Of a stretch of 51,010 bases of DNA, positions 32,352 through 43,870 are shown in pieces. The DNA is from Aplysia californica. Its lineage: Eukaryota. Under the pieces are notes generated by a model. The model saw only the letters and a list, made by a program, of their open reading frames with translations, was not told the DNA's origin and ran no database searches. The position numbers were made by a program, and so were the translations under genes. Numbering within the stretch: the first letter of the stretch is position 1; every line of letters starts with the position of its first letter. The stretch spans positions 318,675-369,684 of the forward strand of contig NW_004798023.1 of assembly GCF_000002075.1 (NCBI RefSeq), written 5' to 3'.

Positions 32352-32934
32352 ATATCCATTTCATATATATATAAAACGTAAAAAAAAAAGTTTCTTCCCC
32401 TGTTGAAGTGCAGTTTGATCCCATTCTTTGACTTCGTAAAAAATCAAATCCACGGTTCATAAATAGGCCTATTTCCAATGCGATATCTATAAGTTTTATT
32501 TTGAAGAAAAAGAATTTTACCTCGGCAGTCAGTAAAACTGACCCCATCGCACACAACGGTCAATGACAATCAGTGGCACTTTTACAAGTTGTAATGAACG
32601 GTCTACAGCAAATTATAAATAGCTGTATAGCAGGACATACTGACTGAATACACACTGTCAATTATAGGATTAAATTCTCTGTCCATGTTGCTCCCAGGTC
32701 ATTTTATCCAAAATAGAGACAGAGAACGGAGCCGACGGAGGTGCATGCAATTATTGCCCCACACTAACTAAAAGTAAAACAACTAGTATGTGGTGACGTA
32801 GCATGGGTGTTAAGTTTTACCATGGGAAAAGATTGCCAATACGTAACAGCAGTGGAGCGTGTGTATACAACACGGGCTAAAAGTTTTCATCTGTGAACTG
32901 TCACTGCAACCCCTTAATTAACTTTTACAGAGTG

Positions 32935-34273
32935 TCCACGTACACGGTAACCGGGCCCGTAGTCTCAGTATTTACGTACACGGTAACTGGGTGCTTAGTT
33001 TTGGGGGCCCCTTGAGCTAAGTGAACGTTTAATGTAGGCCTATTCGTTGTTCTTTTGTTGCTTTAAAAGAAAGCTTTTGTCCAAGTTCTGGTTACTATAA
33101 GGGCCCGTCATCAAGACCTGTCAGTGAAACTTTCAAACGCTCATTTGCATCACGTGACATGACCTCTTACGTGTGAGTAGCGCGTGTGGTGGGGCCTGTC
33201 AGTAGTCGAGGTCAACAAAGTTCACTCACACTGGTCGCATTGGTCGATGTGTTTTTCGGGACTTAACCAGTGTGGGATGACCGAGGGGATGGGGAGGGGG
33301 TATTTTTTTGACACTTGGGCTTAAAGTGCGTACTGTGGTACATGTACTAATTGAGGACAAAGGAATAATAAATAAGAAAGAAAAAAGAAATAAATAAACA
33401 ACTTTGGCGCGATCTATCTTTTTTTTCCGGGGGGGGGGGGGGTGCCTTGAGTGTGTTGCATTATTTCAGTTCACAGTTGTTTTTTTTATTTGTTTTTGTA
33501 AGTGTTTCACGGTGCTCGCAACTGCATAAGGTCATAAGAAGAGCGCGCGAGACACATTAAACTTTTTCAGTTGGTAGGAAATTTTAAATTTTGCCCGGGT
33601 GGCGGCCGAAGCCTACTCTTATCGATTTTAGACCACCACGGGATCTTTAACGTGCGCAACTTGCACACGAGCCCTCCGAGATTTTTCGCCCTTGTCCGAG
33701 AAGGCTAGGTGTAGATCTTTCCTACCAGAAGATCAGGGGTGCGGCTGAAAGACAGACTTAAGAAGAAGCCAAGGAGTAGCAGCAGAAAGGCTGTAGAAAG
33801 AATCAGGAGCCCAGAGGAGGGGGGCAAAGGAGATGAGGGAGTGGGGGCAGAAAGAGGAGACAAAAGCAGACGACAGAACATTGCTAGAGAGCAGGAAAGG
33901 AGGTGAAAGGAGACAAATTTAGAGAAGAAAACTTTCGCTCACTACCCGGATTCGAACCCGGGACCTTTGAATGAGAGGCCAACACCTTAAGCCTTAACCT
34001 CTAGACTCTAGCTAGAGAGCCCCCTCAGTTGATGAGTAAACAAGACGGGTGTGTACCATTATTCGGGTTCAAAATTTTAGGTGAACCTGTATACAAATAA
34101 ATACAACAAAAAGCGGGGAAAAAATGAAAAAAGTAAAGGTCATGAAGGGAGTGGAGCATTTAATAGGCCTAACCGTGCTCCAAGCTCAAGGGGCCCCCGA
34201 AACTAAGCACCCAGTTACCGTGTACGTAGATAGTGAGACTACACGTACCGTACCCGGTTACCGCGTACGTAGG
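32935..34273. mobile_element. Non-autonomous DNA transposon with ~85-bp TIRs, containing a nested SINE
   Basis: ACGTACACGGTAACTGGGTGCTTAGTTTTGGGGGCCCCTTGAGCT is inverted at 34182-34228; the CGTACACGGTAAC motif is doubled in each arm. Confidence 0.75.
33480..34026 (-). mobile_element. Near full-length tRNA-derived Deu/Nin-like SINE
   Basis: - strand: head with GTTCGAATCC B-box, core GCACGTTAAAGATCCCGTGG..GATAAGAGTAGG..CCGGGCAAAATT, tail TATGACCTTATGCAGTTGCGAG + A-rich end. Confidence 0.85.
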
Positions 34274-34924
34274 CGGGCGTAGACATTTCGTATAAACTAA
34301 ACACTTACATGCAGAGATATATTTGAGTATAATCTCTAGATTTAATAGTGGTCGCTCGTTACGGAAGTCCTCCCTTTTAAGATATCTCTAGAACTTTAAC
34401 TTCAGCTTTAATGCACTACGACAGAGTACGTCCACTACGTCCAAACACCGTAAACACATACTAGAATGAGAATCTTTCTTTCTATCTTCAGGTAAGGAGA
34501 GGAGAGCGAAGTTCTCACTGGCAAGTTTTGAAATGCCAGTTCACCCGAACTCTGTATTCTCACGATTAGAGAGGTTGTGATTGTGAATGATTAATATTCT
34601 TTTCTTTTAAAAGTTTCATCACTGAAAATATTTATTCTATTTGAATCAATGTAATCACATGCAAGGGATAAAATTATTTCCACTTGATGAGAACTGACAG
34701 TCGTAATCTCTCAAATATACATAAAAACTTAAAAATCCTTAAAACTCTCTGGCCACCACTTCTCGTAGAGAGTAGAGGGAAAAAAATGTGGCAAGTTTCA
34801 TTTTCGCTTCCTGCATTGGCATTGTTTTCGAGCGGCAATGTGGTTTGCTGCTGCTGCTGGCCAAGTAAAATCTGATAGATCTAGATTTGACGCCTTCTTA
34901 CCCCTGTAAACCCGACTTCAAGTT

Positions 34925-34955
34925 ATGGCGTCCTTTATTGTTCTGACAGAAGAAC
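34925..34955 (+). CDS. EXOSC5: EXOSC5 probable first coding exon
   Basis: ATGGCG start, perfect GTAAGT donor, phase compatible with the large exon. Confidence 0.7.
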
Positions 34956-37900
34956 GTAAGTGTTTTTGTATTCCGTTTAAGAACGGAATGAGTGAGCCTC
35001 AAGTTAGATTCTAGTTTGTTGTATGTAAATTGTAACGGGATCCGTGTTGAGTGTTGTAACAGTAACAGTCAGTAGTCAGGGACTGGGCGTCATAGTAGGG
35101 TGCTGTTCAGTGTAACACTGAGTGTACAGTGTACTAGAATCTAGTTTGTTGCAAAAGTAACAGGGACAGGGTGCTGTAGTACTGTATGATTATGTTAAAG
35201 TTTAAAGAATAGCACTGAGTAAGATTGAACTTTGGTGGACCCAACACTGAACTGAACGAAGCCGGAACGACTTTGAGCCTCTCTGTGCAATTGTCCGCTC
35301 TCCTCATGTTATTGTTTTGCATTTATATGTGCTTTTTTAAATTGTTATTGTTGCCAGGGGGCCCTGAAATCCCTCACTGTTGTATGGCTAGACTCTAGTG
35401 CGCACACGGTGGGTCCACCAAAGTTCAATCCAGCGAAGTTCTCAGTGGCAAGTTTTGAAATGCTAGTTCACCCGAACTCTGTATTCTCGCGATTAGAGAG
35501 GTTGTGATTGTGAATGATTAATGTTCTTTTCTTTTAAAAGTTTGTTTTTTCTTCTCTTTTCTTTTAAAAGTTTCTTTTTTCTTCTCAGTAGTCTTGAGTA
35601 GTACTTAAGTAGTGAGTAAACTTGAACTCTGAAATATGGAAATCACGGATAGCTCGTACAATTTTCCATTTCCAGACCAAGTGGGCTAACTATATTTTCT
35701 TTGTATTGGCAAATCTTTTCTTTGGAGGACTTCCATAACGAGCGGCCACTATGAGACAGAGTAGAATAAAAGGCTAGTAGAGGGTTTGGGTTAGAGTTGG
35801 TCTCTTCTTTATTGTGTTTGTTGGGGTGGTCGATCATTACGGAAGTCCTTCCCTTTTCACAACCACTTGTACAGATCTATAGATCTAGATCTAGATCTAT
35901 ATACAGTAGATTTTATCTATAAATAACCCTAATAGTTCGAACATAGAAAACTTGAAATCACACATTCATAGAATGCCCACGGTTCCATTTTTTTTCCGTC
36001 TTTATCTTTATAAGGAAATTACACGAAGCTCGAACACAATCACAGAATAGAGGTCCAAAGGTCAATGTCTTTGAGTGAGATGCACTTGAGACAAAAAAAC
36101 AATAATTTTTAAAAAAGGAAAAAGGCAAGGTTGGTAAAATACCACCTTCCCCTCTCGGCAAATGCAGCTAGCTGTGCTTTTTTTAGTATGCTGCTCGACA
36201 CACGTGCCTGGGCTTGTTGTGTGGAGCGGGTGAGAGGAAGGGTTGTGCATCACAAGATCTATTGTTATGCCCCTAAAGTTGCAATCTTTGTTGCTTCACT
36301 TGATTCCGTGACACAGCTGATGCTATAACACTGTTCACGTATCCCTTGAACTACCGAGGCCGGTCCCGACAAATTCGAGCTGTCTGTGTTATACTGTATG
36401 TCCGACAGTTAGACTAGGCGTCATGGTCAAGAGTTTATAATGGTATTTGCCTTTCATTCAATAGGTTCCGCATTCGAATCTGGACAGCGACGGAAAAAGT
36501 AAAATATTCTCAATTCGTCTACTTTCTTGCTCTGTAACTCTAACCTTTACCTTGTTCCCGTCGTATGCTTTCATCTCCACTTTTTGCCCCTTCCCCTTTG
36601 CCCCCCCCCCCGTAGGCTCCTAGTGGGTGGTTGGCGGGTGCTCTGGTGTGATCTACTTCTTTTTATCAAACATCTATCGTCTTTATCTCCCCTTCTTCTT
36701 TTTTATGTTTGTTACTCTCTTGTAACACCTCTAATCCTCTGGCGCTCATATGACCTTATGCAGTTGCGAGTGCCGTAAAACCTCTAATATTAGACCAACT
36801 CTAAGCGCCTAACTCTTTCTGCAGCCTTTTCTACTGCTACTTCTCAGTTCCCCCTCATTGCTGTCTTTCATCCACACCCCTGACTTTTTATGGTAGGTAA
36901 GATCTAACACCTAGCTTTCTAAGATAATGGCGAAAATTCTCAGAGGTCTCGTGCTCAAGTTGCCCACGTTAAGTGAACAGGTAGCTGATCTATATAACTT
37001 TGCTATTATAAGGACTTATTAATTCAAACTTTCCTATATCACTCAGTATAGTAAGGACAAGATAAATCTGTTTTAGAATATTGTGTAAATGTCTGTTTTT
37101 CAGTGGTAATGGCGGCCATCCTGAAAATAAACACAAAACGTAAAGTTCTGCTTAAATACTTTTCCATTTAGGAAGATAAAAATGCAACTGACAGGGATCA
37201 CACAGTTTTCCCGCGATTTTCCGTGGTTGCGAGAACTTCCCAAAATCTGCTCCAGGGTCTTAACCGCATCAGCGGTCGTTCCACCACGGCCTTAAGTCGG
37301 GCCACGGTAGGCCTTGAGTAGCCTGAGATCCGCCCTAAAGTGCCCCACAATCCGCGGATTTGACTAAGCTCTGCCTATTGTAGTTCGGATGCGAGTCAGA
37401 CTGCTCGGCGAAAAAGGAAGTTCTCAACAGTATAAATGCGCTCTCCTTTGATTGGAGGTAAACTGGAACTGACCTTAAGAACATTCATTTTAATGCAGAT
37501 CTGGGTAACTGACTATTTTATTTTACCAAATTTTTTCATGTAGTCTATATAGATATTTTTAATGAAATTTTTAAATTTCTGTATTTTAAGTGGTTAATTT
37601 TTAACCAATATTTTTCAAAGGGGGCCTGAATTTTTATTTATTTTTTTCGATAAGTTATCAGGGAAAAAACCTGTCTATTACCCAGATTTACATCTTATCA
37701 TAATAATATGTGCAAAGTTTAAAGGCTATAAACAACTGAACTACGACATCATCCTCTCAGAAAATCAGCTGTACAATTTTAGCATGAAAAGTAGCAACAC
37801 AAAAAGGCAATGTACAAAGAAAAAACTTTAAAATATTTTTTATAGCATCCTGCATTCATTTGGAGCTGTTGGGGTCGATTCTAGAGACATGAAATAAAAG

Positions 37901-40775
37901 AAAAATCAAATTAAAAAAAAAGAAAATATTTTTCACCCAGATACCGGTAGATGAAAATCGGCCTAAACCCCAGCTGCCTGTCCCCTTAAAGATCCCTTGG
38001 TGGTTCTAAAATCGGTAAGAGTAGGCTTCGGCTGACACCCGGGCAAAATTCAAATTTCTTACCAACTGGAAAATATTTAATGTGTTCCCTGCACTTATAT
38101 GACCCTTTGTTGAGCCGTGAAACACACACACACAAAAAGACTAGACCTCGAAAAGTCGGATCAAATTTTCCCTCACAATTTTGTCTCGAATTCAAGTCAT
38201 CCTGCGGGCACGAAGGAAAACACATCCTTTGACATCTAGACTATCAAGTTACATGAGTCCACCAGGCTTGCCCACACTCAGCATGATGCACACACTTCTG
38301 GTATTGAAAAATGTGGTGACTAGAAGTAGACGTTGCTTCAGTTTAGTCATGTGAGGGTGGATGCTGGGTAGAAAGGTATGAGCAAAGAGACAGACAGTGT
38401 AGCACTGCATTGGTTCATATTATATGGTGTATAAATTTATGCTTGTGTGTATATAATGCGTGTGTGTTTGTTTGAATGTGAAGGTGGGCCCTATGGATCG
38501 GGAAGCGGTTACACATTAAGTGACAATAGTGGAGGGTGGGGTGCTTTGATCATGTTTAGTTACATCGTCATGACTGTGATCTAAGTAAGAACAATATTAA
38601 TAAAAAGAAAATTTATTAAGTTATTAAAGGCTCATTGGCTTCACTTTTTTCCTTTCTCTTGTTTCAACACTGAACAAAACACACAGCTTGTATTGAGACC
38701 TCTGTATCTGTAATGTAAAGTTGTACGGCACTTGAACTTGAGTTGAACTACCTTGAATCTAGTGATGTGAGGGTTGATAGTGGGGTGCAATCAAAGACAG
38801 ACAACAATGTGGTGCTGCATTGGTCCATATATGGTATATGAATTGTGTTTGTCATACACGTGTGTGTGTGTTTGTAGTTATTTGAACCCTAAGGTATGGA
38901 TCAGGACGGGATGACACAAGAGGGGTGATTGGCATGCTCTGACCCATTTTGGCAACACTGTTATGATTATGATCTGTCGTAAGAGCATTCTTTTTTAAAT
39001 CAAATTTTAACAGAGATTGATTTAAGTCCTGCACTACGTAAGAGGGCAATTTGTAAGAGGTTTGGTATCCTGTTTGTAAAAAAATGAGATAAAAAAATCG
39101 AAAACGCCACCGATGGATGTCAACCTGAGAGTTACTCCCCTTGATTTTCTTCTATATCTTTCTCTTTAAAAAAAAATTAATATGATTTACAGTTAACAGT
39201 AGTTTACTCGAAGTATGGATAGTTGGACATATTTACTGTCAACCCCTGGCGTGTTTGGGATATCTGTGCTCGACTGTATCTTCTTTGGTTGGTCCAGTTC
39301 TCACTTTCACTGTTCTATTGTTCTCTACGCACTGTAATTTATACTGATTGTATGTAGATTCACTGATGTGCTTAGCTTTCCTTCTGTTTTGTACTAGAAA
39401 GGGGGGGGGGGGGGAAAAAAAAGAGGAGGAGGAGGAGAAGGAGGAGGAGGGGGGGGGGGGGTGACAGGTTTAATTACATGCGCTGGTTATGTTTTATTAA
39501 TAGCTCATTCATCAATGTCTGACAATGAGTTCAATGACCAACCGCAAAGGAAAATATCTTCAGCAAAATAGAAGAATTAGAAACATTTAAAGGTTAAGAT
39601 GACTTGTGGTGTCTGCTATGACCTGGTGAGACCATATGGCAGAGAAAGTTTGCCACATTCTGAATATTTAAAAGCTCCGCTTTCATTTGTTTTACCAAAG
39701 TAAACATAATTTAATACGGGCATAGTTGGTTTGTTTTTAATATGACTGAGTGGGTGATTGGTAAAACTATGTCGGGGGGTGTTATGATCAGGTTTTTCTG
39801 TTTTGTCACTTCATATTTTTTTTGAACTTTTAGATTTGTTTCCTTTCTCTACAACGTAGAAAAAACCTCCTTAACTGACTTATACAGTACTATGTCCATC
39901 CGTTGACTATTCATGTGTGTGCGTGTCCAAGTTATATAAGTGTGTGTGTTTATGACAGAGAGTGTGTGTGTGTGTGTTGATGAATGCGCATGTTTGAATG
40001 TAATCTCCTTGCCGCAACAAATTTCTCTTTGCAGAGTAAGAGTCAAAGAGATCCGTAAACTGTTATCTTCTATATCAATCTTACATTTTTTTTCTTTTTG
40101 TAATCAGAGCAAAGATTGCAGAGAGAGGCCCCTCCTGAGGCCGTGCTGCGCTGTCTGACGTCCGAACTCGGCTGTCTCACCCGACAGGATGGTTCTGCCA
40201 GCCTGTCACAAGGGGACACAACTGTAACTGCAGTGGCCTACGGCCCTGCAGAAGTGAGGATGGCTCGAGAGAGAATTGACCGAGCTACTGTGGAGGTGGT
40301 GTATAAGCCGAAAGTGGGCCTCCCAAGACCCGTAGACAGGAAGAAAGAAAACATAATTCGGAACACGCTGGAAAGTGCTATCATGGGCAGTGCTCATCCA
40401 CGCTCTGCTATTTCTGTTATCATTCAAGAGACGGAAGACTTGGGTTCAAATCTTGCTTGCTGCATCAATGCAGCTTGCCTCGCCTTGCTGGACGCAGCCG
40501 TCGGTTTAAACTTCATGGTGGCAGCTGTTGCCTCCGCTGTCATGGAGGATGGGAAGATTGTGACTGACCCAGAGAAAAAGGTGGAAGAGAAAGCCGTGGC
40601 GGTTATGACATTTGTGTTTGAGAGCGTGGACCATAAGCTCGTATCAGTTCTGACCTATGGCAAGTTTACTCAGGAGCAGTACAAGGTGTGTCGAGATCTG
40701 TGTCGTCAGACAGCTCAGAGTGTGTTTGCTTTTTACAGAGAGTCCTTGGAAAAGAAGTTATTAAAAACTGTTTGA
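34925..40775 (+). CDS. EXOSC5: Exosome complex component RRP46 (RNase PH-like), 2 coding exons, 232 aa
   Basis: Exon 34925-34955 (MASFIVLTEE+C, donor GTAAGT, phase 1) joins exon 40108-40775 (TAATCAG acceptor). Rrp46 motifs: LR...ELG.L.R.DGSA...QGDT.V....YGPAEV; HPRSAISVIIQ; LACCINAACLALLDA. Confidence 0.9.
35223..35430. mobile_element. MITE-like element with perfect 21-bp TIRs
   Basis: GATTGAACTTTGGTGGACCCA ... TGGGTCCACCAAAGTTCAATC. Confidence 0.7.
36408..38105 (+). mobile_element. Deu/Nin-like SINE interrupted by two younger insertions
   Basis: tRNA-like head at 36408-36500; the body resumes at ~36810 and again at 37990 (CACGTTAA|AGATCCC). Confidence 0.8.
36973..37985. mobile_element. TTAA-targeting non-autonomous DNA transposon (Kolobok-like)
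   Basis: TTAA TSDs at 36969-36972 and 37986-37989; TIRs GTGAACAGGTAGCTG / CAGCTGCCTGTCCCC; it splits the host SINE exactly at its TTAA. Confidence 0.78.
40108..40775 (+). CDS. EXOSC5: EXOSC5 main coding exon (668 nt)
   Basis: Uninterrupted RNase PH-fold ORF ending in TGA. Confidence 0.96.
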
Positions 40776-41369
40776 ATTTCTGAATTTTGCTTTTTTCTCC
40801 TTTTTAAAAAGACTTAATACATGTAAGGTCTAATTCTATACTATTAAATACAATATGTTAGTGAAACAAGAAAAGCAACACGAATGATGAATGTGGACAT
40901 GGTGTTTGTTAAGGAGTAGGCTCATAGAATGAAATATATTTTAAAAATTAAAAAAAAATGAAATGCAGGCTTAAACACTTTAAGCTCTTTTTAACACAGT
41001 TTTGATTATCAGTTGGGAAACCTGACATAAATTGCTGTGGCATGAACAGCCTTCGGTGTTCTTTTATTCCTATCAGCTTAATTAAACACAGAAACTAGAT
41101 TTCAAAGGTGTCACCTGCACCATAGTCCAGTTTTCTTGCAAACAAGGTTTTTTTGTACTCCTGGTTTTACAGTCTTGCACACACTTACTCATAATGAAAT
41201 TGGTGGGACATGAACATTTTTTCGTTGGGTATGAATTTCACTCTTAGTTTATGCATTTTAAATACAGGTGAAATGGTATAGGCTGAACGCCCCTATCAAC
41301 ACTATTAGGTTATTTAAGAGGTGGGGCCTCAGAGTTCAAAGTCCATCTCCAAAATGGCAGAGTCTAATG

Positions 41370-41490
41370 GGAATTTCATGTAAAGTGTCTTTCCCAAGGA
41401 CACAACGTTGGACAGAGCTGAGACTTGAACCCCAGACCTAACAATCTCTGTGGGTCTGGTATCCTTTTCTGTGCCACACGTTCATGCCTT
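41370..41490 (-). mobile_element. CORE/MIR-like SINE remnant
   Basis: AAGTGTCTTTCCCAAGGACACAAC...GAGACTTGAACCC is the typical antisense reading of a tRNA-CORE SINE. Confidence 0.5.
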
Positions 41491-43082
41491 GAGCAAAGTT
41501 TTCCGTCGTAATGAAATAGCTAACTGATAGAGACTTTGACAACTTGTCAGAATTCTTTGATTTCTGATTCCATAGCAATAGCAGTTTTTCGAGGGAATGA
41601 ATTTTAACACACTCCTTAGATTTGCTTAAATACACATTGCATATTATTTGATATTTGTGTGCTTAAAAGATAAAGAAGGAAAGCAAATCCCTTTGGCTTT
41701 TGCTTATTTTCTTTTATCATAAAATATGTAGGATTTTGTTCTTCCTGTATAACACAGGGAAGTTTTTCTCCTTGAGATAAGTGTCAGCAGTGTGGGTGCG
41801 TTCTAGTTTGCCTGGAAAAACTACCAGTTTACGTGGGCTCGAAGTATGTCATGTAGACTAGATCTTTTTTGAGCTTTCGGACAAGGTTCCAGCAGTACAC
41901 ATATGTATTTACAATGATAGTGGGAGAGTCAGAATTATGATTAAATGAAAACCCTTTGACACATTATGAGCACTCTCTGTTTATTCGTGATCATGTTGTA
42001 CTGCCCTAAGGCTGACTCACTGGAATGCTCATCAGGCATTTTTGAATTTCTTTAATTGGAAAAATTATCATGGTTCTCCTCGTTCTTACTCTTCTCTCAT
42101 AATTCCTGTTGGCAATGATAGATAAATCAGAGGCCATGTCTTTGAATGAGTTGACTGTGTTGAAAAGGGTATTCAAACTACTAGTTACTACTCCCCATGC
42201 AACACTGCTGCTTAAAAGAACTAAGAAGAGCTTGGCTTTCTCTTTTTTTTTTACTTTAGATTTTTAATAAAATTACATAGGTGTTACTTTTAATTTTACT
42301 CCCTCATTAACACAATTTAGGTGATTTAGGAGGAGGGCTTTGACCCTGCATGTCAGGGCCAACCCGGCCCTAAAGGGATACAACATCTCAACAAGAAATA
42401 AGAAGGCAAAGATGCTTGATAAAACTTCTCTCCACGCTGGAATGGAAACCAGAGTGCGATGATGGAGCGTCTTACGGCTAGCACACAGACACCAGTTGGC
42501 TTACTACATGTACTCTAAAAGTTTGAGTTTTGAATGCACTTTGCTCTGACAATCATACAATGGGTCAAATGGACTCAGTTTAAAACAACATTTTTTTTCA
42601 GTCAAGTCGGGTGTTGAGGTCATACAAAAGTAAACTGTCACTGTCATATATATATATATATATTATTTATCTGAAACAGATGGAAAAAGACTTGGCCAAA
42701 TCTCTGGAAATATCTAACTAGTGCTAGTCACATGTACGATATATTTGCTTTTAGTTTTAGTATGTCTAAGGTGATCAGATATACTACCATACCATTTTAA
42801 TGGTGAGCTGGCCAAGACAAAAGATAATATTATCAGTATCAGTCGGTCCTACCGGAGAGTGGCATTAAATTTGAAGGTCTTGTCTCTTTCTTATATAACC
42901 TTACAGTGTTGAAAGAGGTGTTAAACCCCCCCCCCCCACGTCGTAATTTTTCAGTGACTTAGTATAGGCCTATACCAGACCATTATTTTAGAAACTTGCA
43001 AAATATACGTTTTTAGAATTTAGGTGGCTGCAACTGTTTTAAGACATTTTGTGATATATTATCTAATCTATACAATGACAGT

Positions 43083-43545
43083 AGTGTCTATGGTGTAGCG
43101 GTCATACAGAAGATGTGCTCGGACCCGGAGTGCGAACTTAAAAAAAAAAGTTTTCACGTGGAAGCGTCTCGGCGGTCTTAGGAGGAAATCTACCAGCACT
43201 GAAATGTTGGGACAAGGCGGTGTTTAATTTATATAATTAATACCAGAGCTCGTGGGCAGCGGAAAGGGGGGGGGGCGGCTCAGATTGTTCCTGTGAATGA
43301 GGGCACGCTGCCATGCCGATGAGGATAAGATTAAGAAGGCCCTGGTTGTGCTCTGGTGTGGTTTGCTCGTTCTTTCCTTTCAAACTCAAACAATTCAAAC
43401 ATCTATCGTCCTTATCCCTACGTTTCTTTGTATATTATTTTCTAGTTCTAGTAACAACCTGTAATTTGTAATCTTCAACTTTGTCTATGGCCTATTCATG
43501 TTGCGAGTACATGTACCGTAAAATTCACGCGTACTGAAACAAAAG
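43083..43545 (+). mobile_element. Longest copy of the second SINE family, with a tRNA-like head
   Basis: A-box-like TGGTGTAGCGG at the 5' end; the 3' half matches 6672-6850. Confidence 0.6.
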
Positions 43546-43689
43546 AACTTGTCAGCTTTCAAAGGGAAATTTGTCGGGAACTGAACATCTTAGCGTGGTG
43601 CTATTTGTAGTTGTAGAGACTACTTCATGTTTTGACCCCTTTGCATCTCCTTACTTTACAACCCGGTATGCTAGTGGTTATACTAACTT

Positions 43690-43870
43690 ATACAGTGGCC
43701 CATATTAAATAGGCTCCGTCATTGTAAATGAAAAAAGTGAGTTCGATCCCAGCGTGGAGAAGTTACACAGTTACATGTATTGTGTCGAGCTCATTAGGTT
43801 TTTCTACTCCGATGCAATAGCCCCTTTAGTCCAGGTCGGCCCTGCCACTAAGCGGGGTTAAAGCAGCCCG
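43690..43870 (+). mobile_element. tRNA-derived SINE; a related copy lies on the - strand at ~42335-42490
   Basis: GTTCGATCCCAGCGTGGAGAAGTT..CCCTTTAG..GGTCGGCCCTG..GGGGTTAAAGC is mirrored at 42335-42445. Confidence 0.55.

Larger units (their letters stand above)
34506..35543 (+). repeat. Local ~110-bp direct duplication (34506-34616 and 35433-35543) flanking the first EXOSC5 coding exon
   Basis: GCGAAGTTCTCA(C/G)TGGCAAGTTTTGAAATG..GATTAGAGAGGTTGTGATTGTGAATGATTAAT occurs twice with 4 visible mismatches. Confidence 0.85.

Noticed and set aside
33930-34026. tRNA gene
   Set aside because: The A/B-box-like sequence is a SINE head followed by the SINE body; no intact cloverleaf is evident.
37109-37139. 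Alternative EXOSC5 first coding exon ATGGCGGCCATC...AAAAC|GTAAAG (also phase 1)
   Set aside because: It lies inside the TTAA transposon 36973-37985 and has a weaker donor than the 34925 exon; exonisation cannot be fully excluded.
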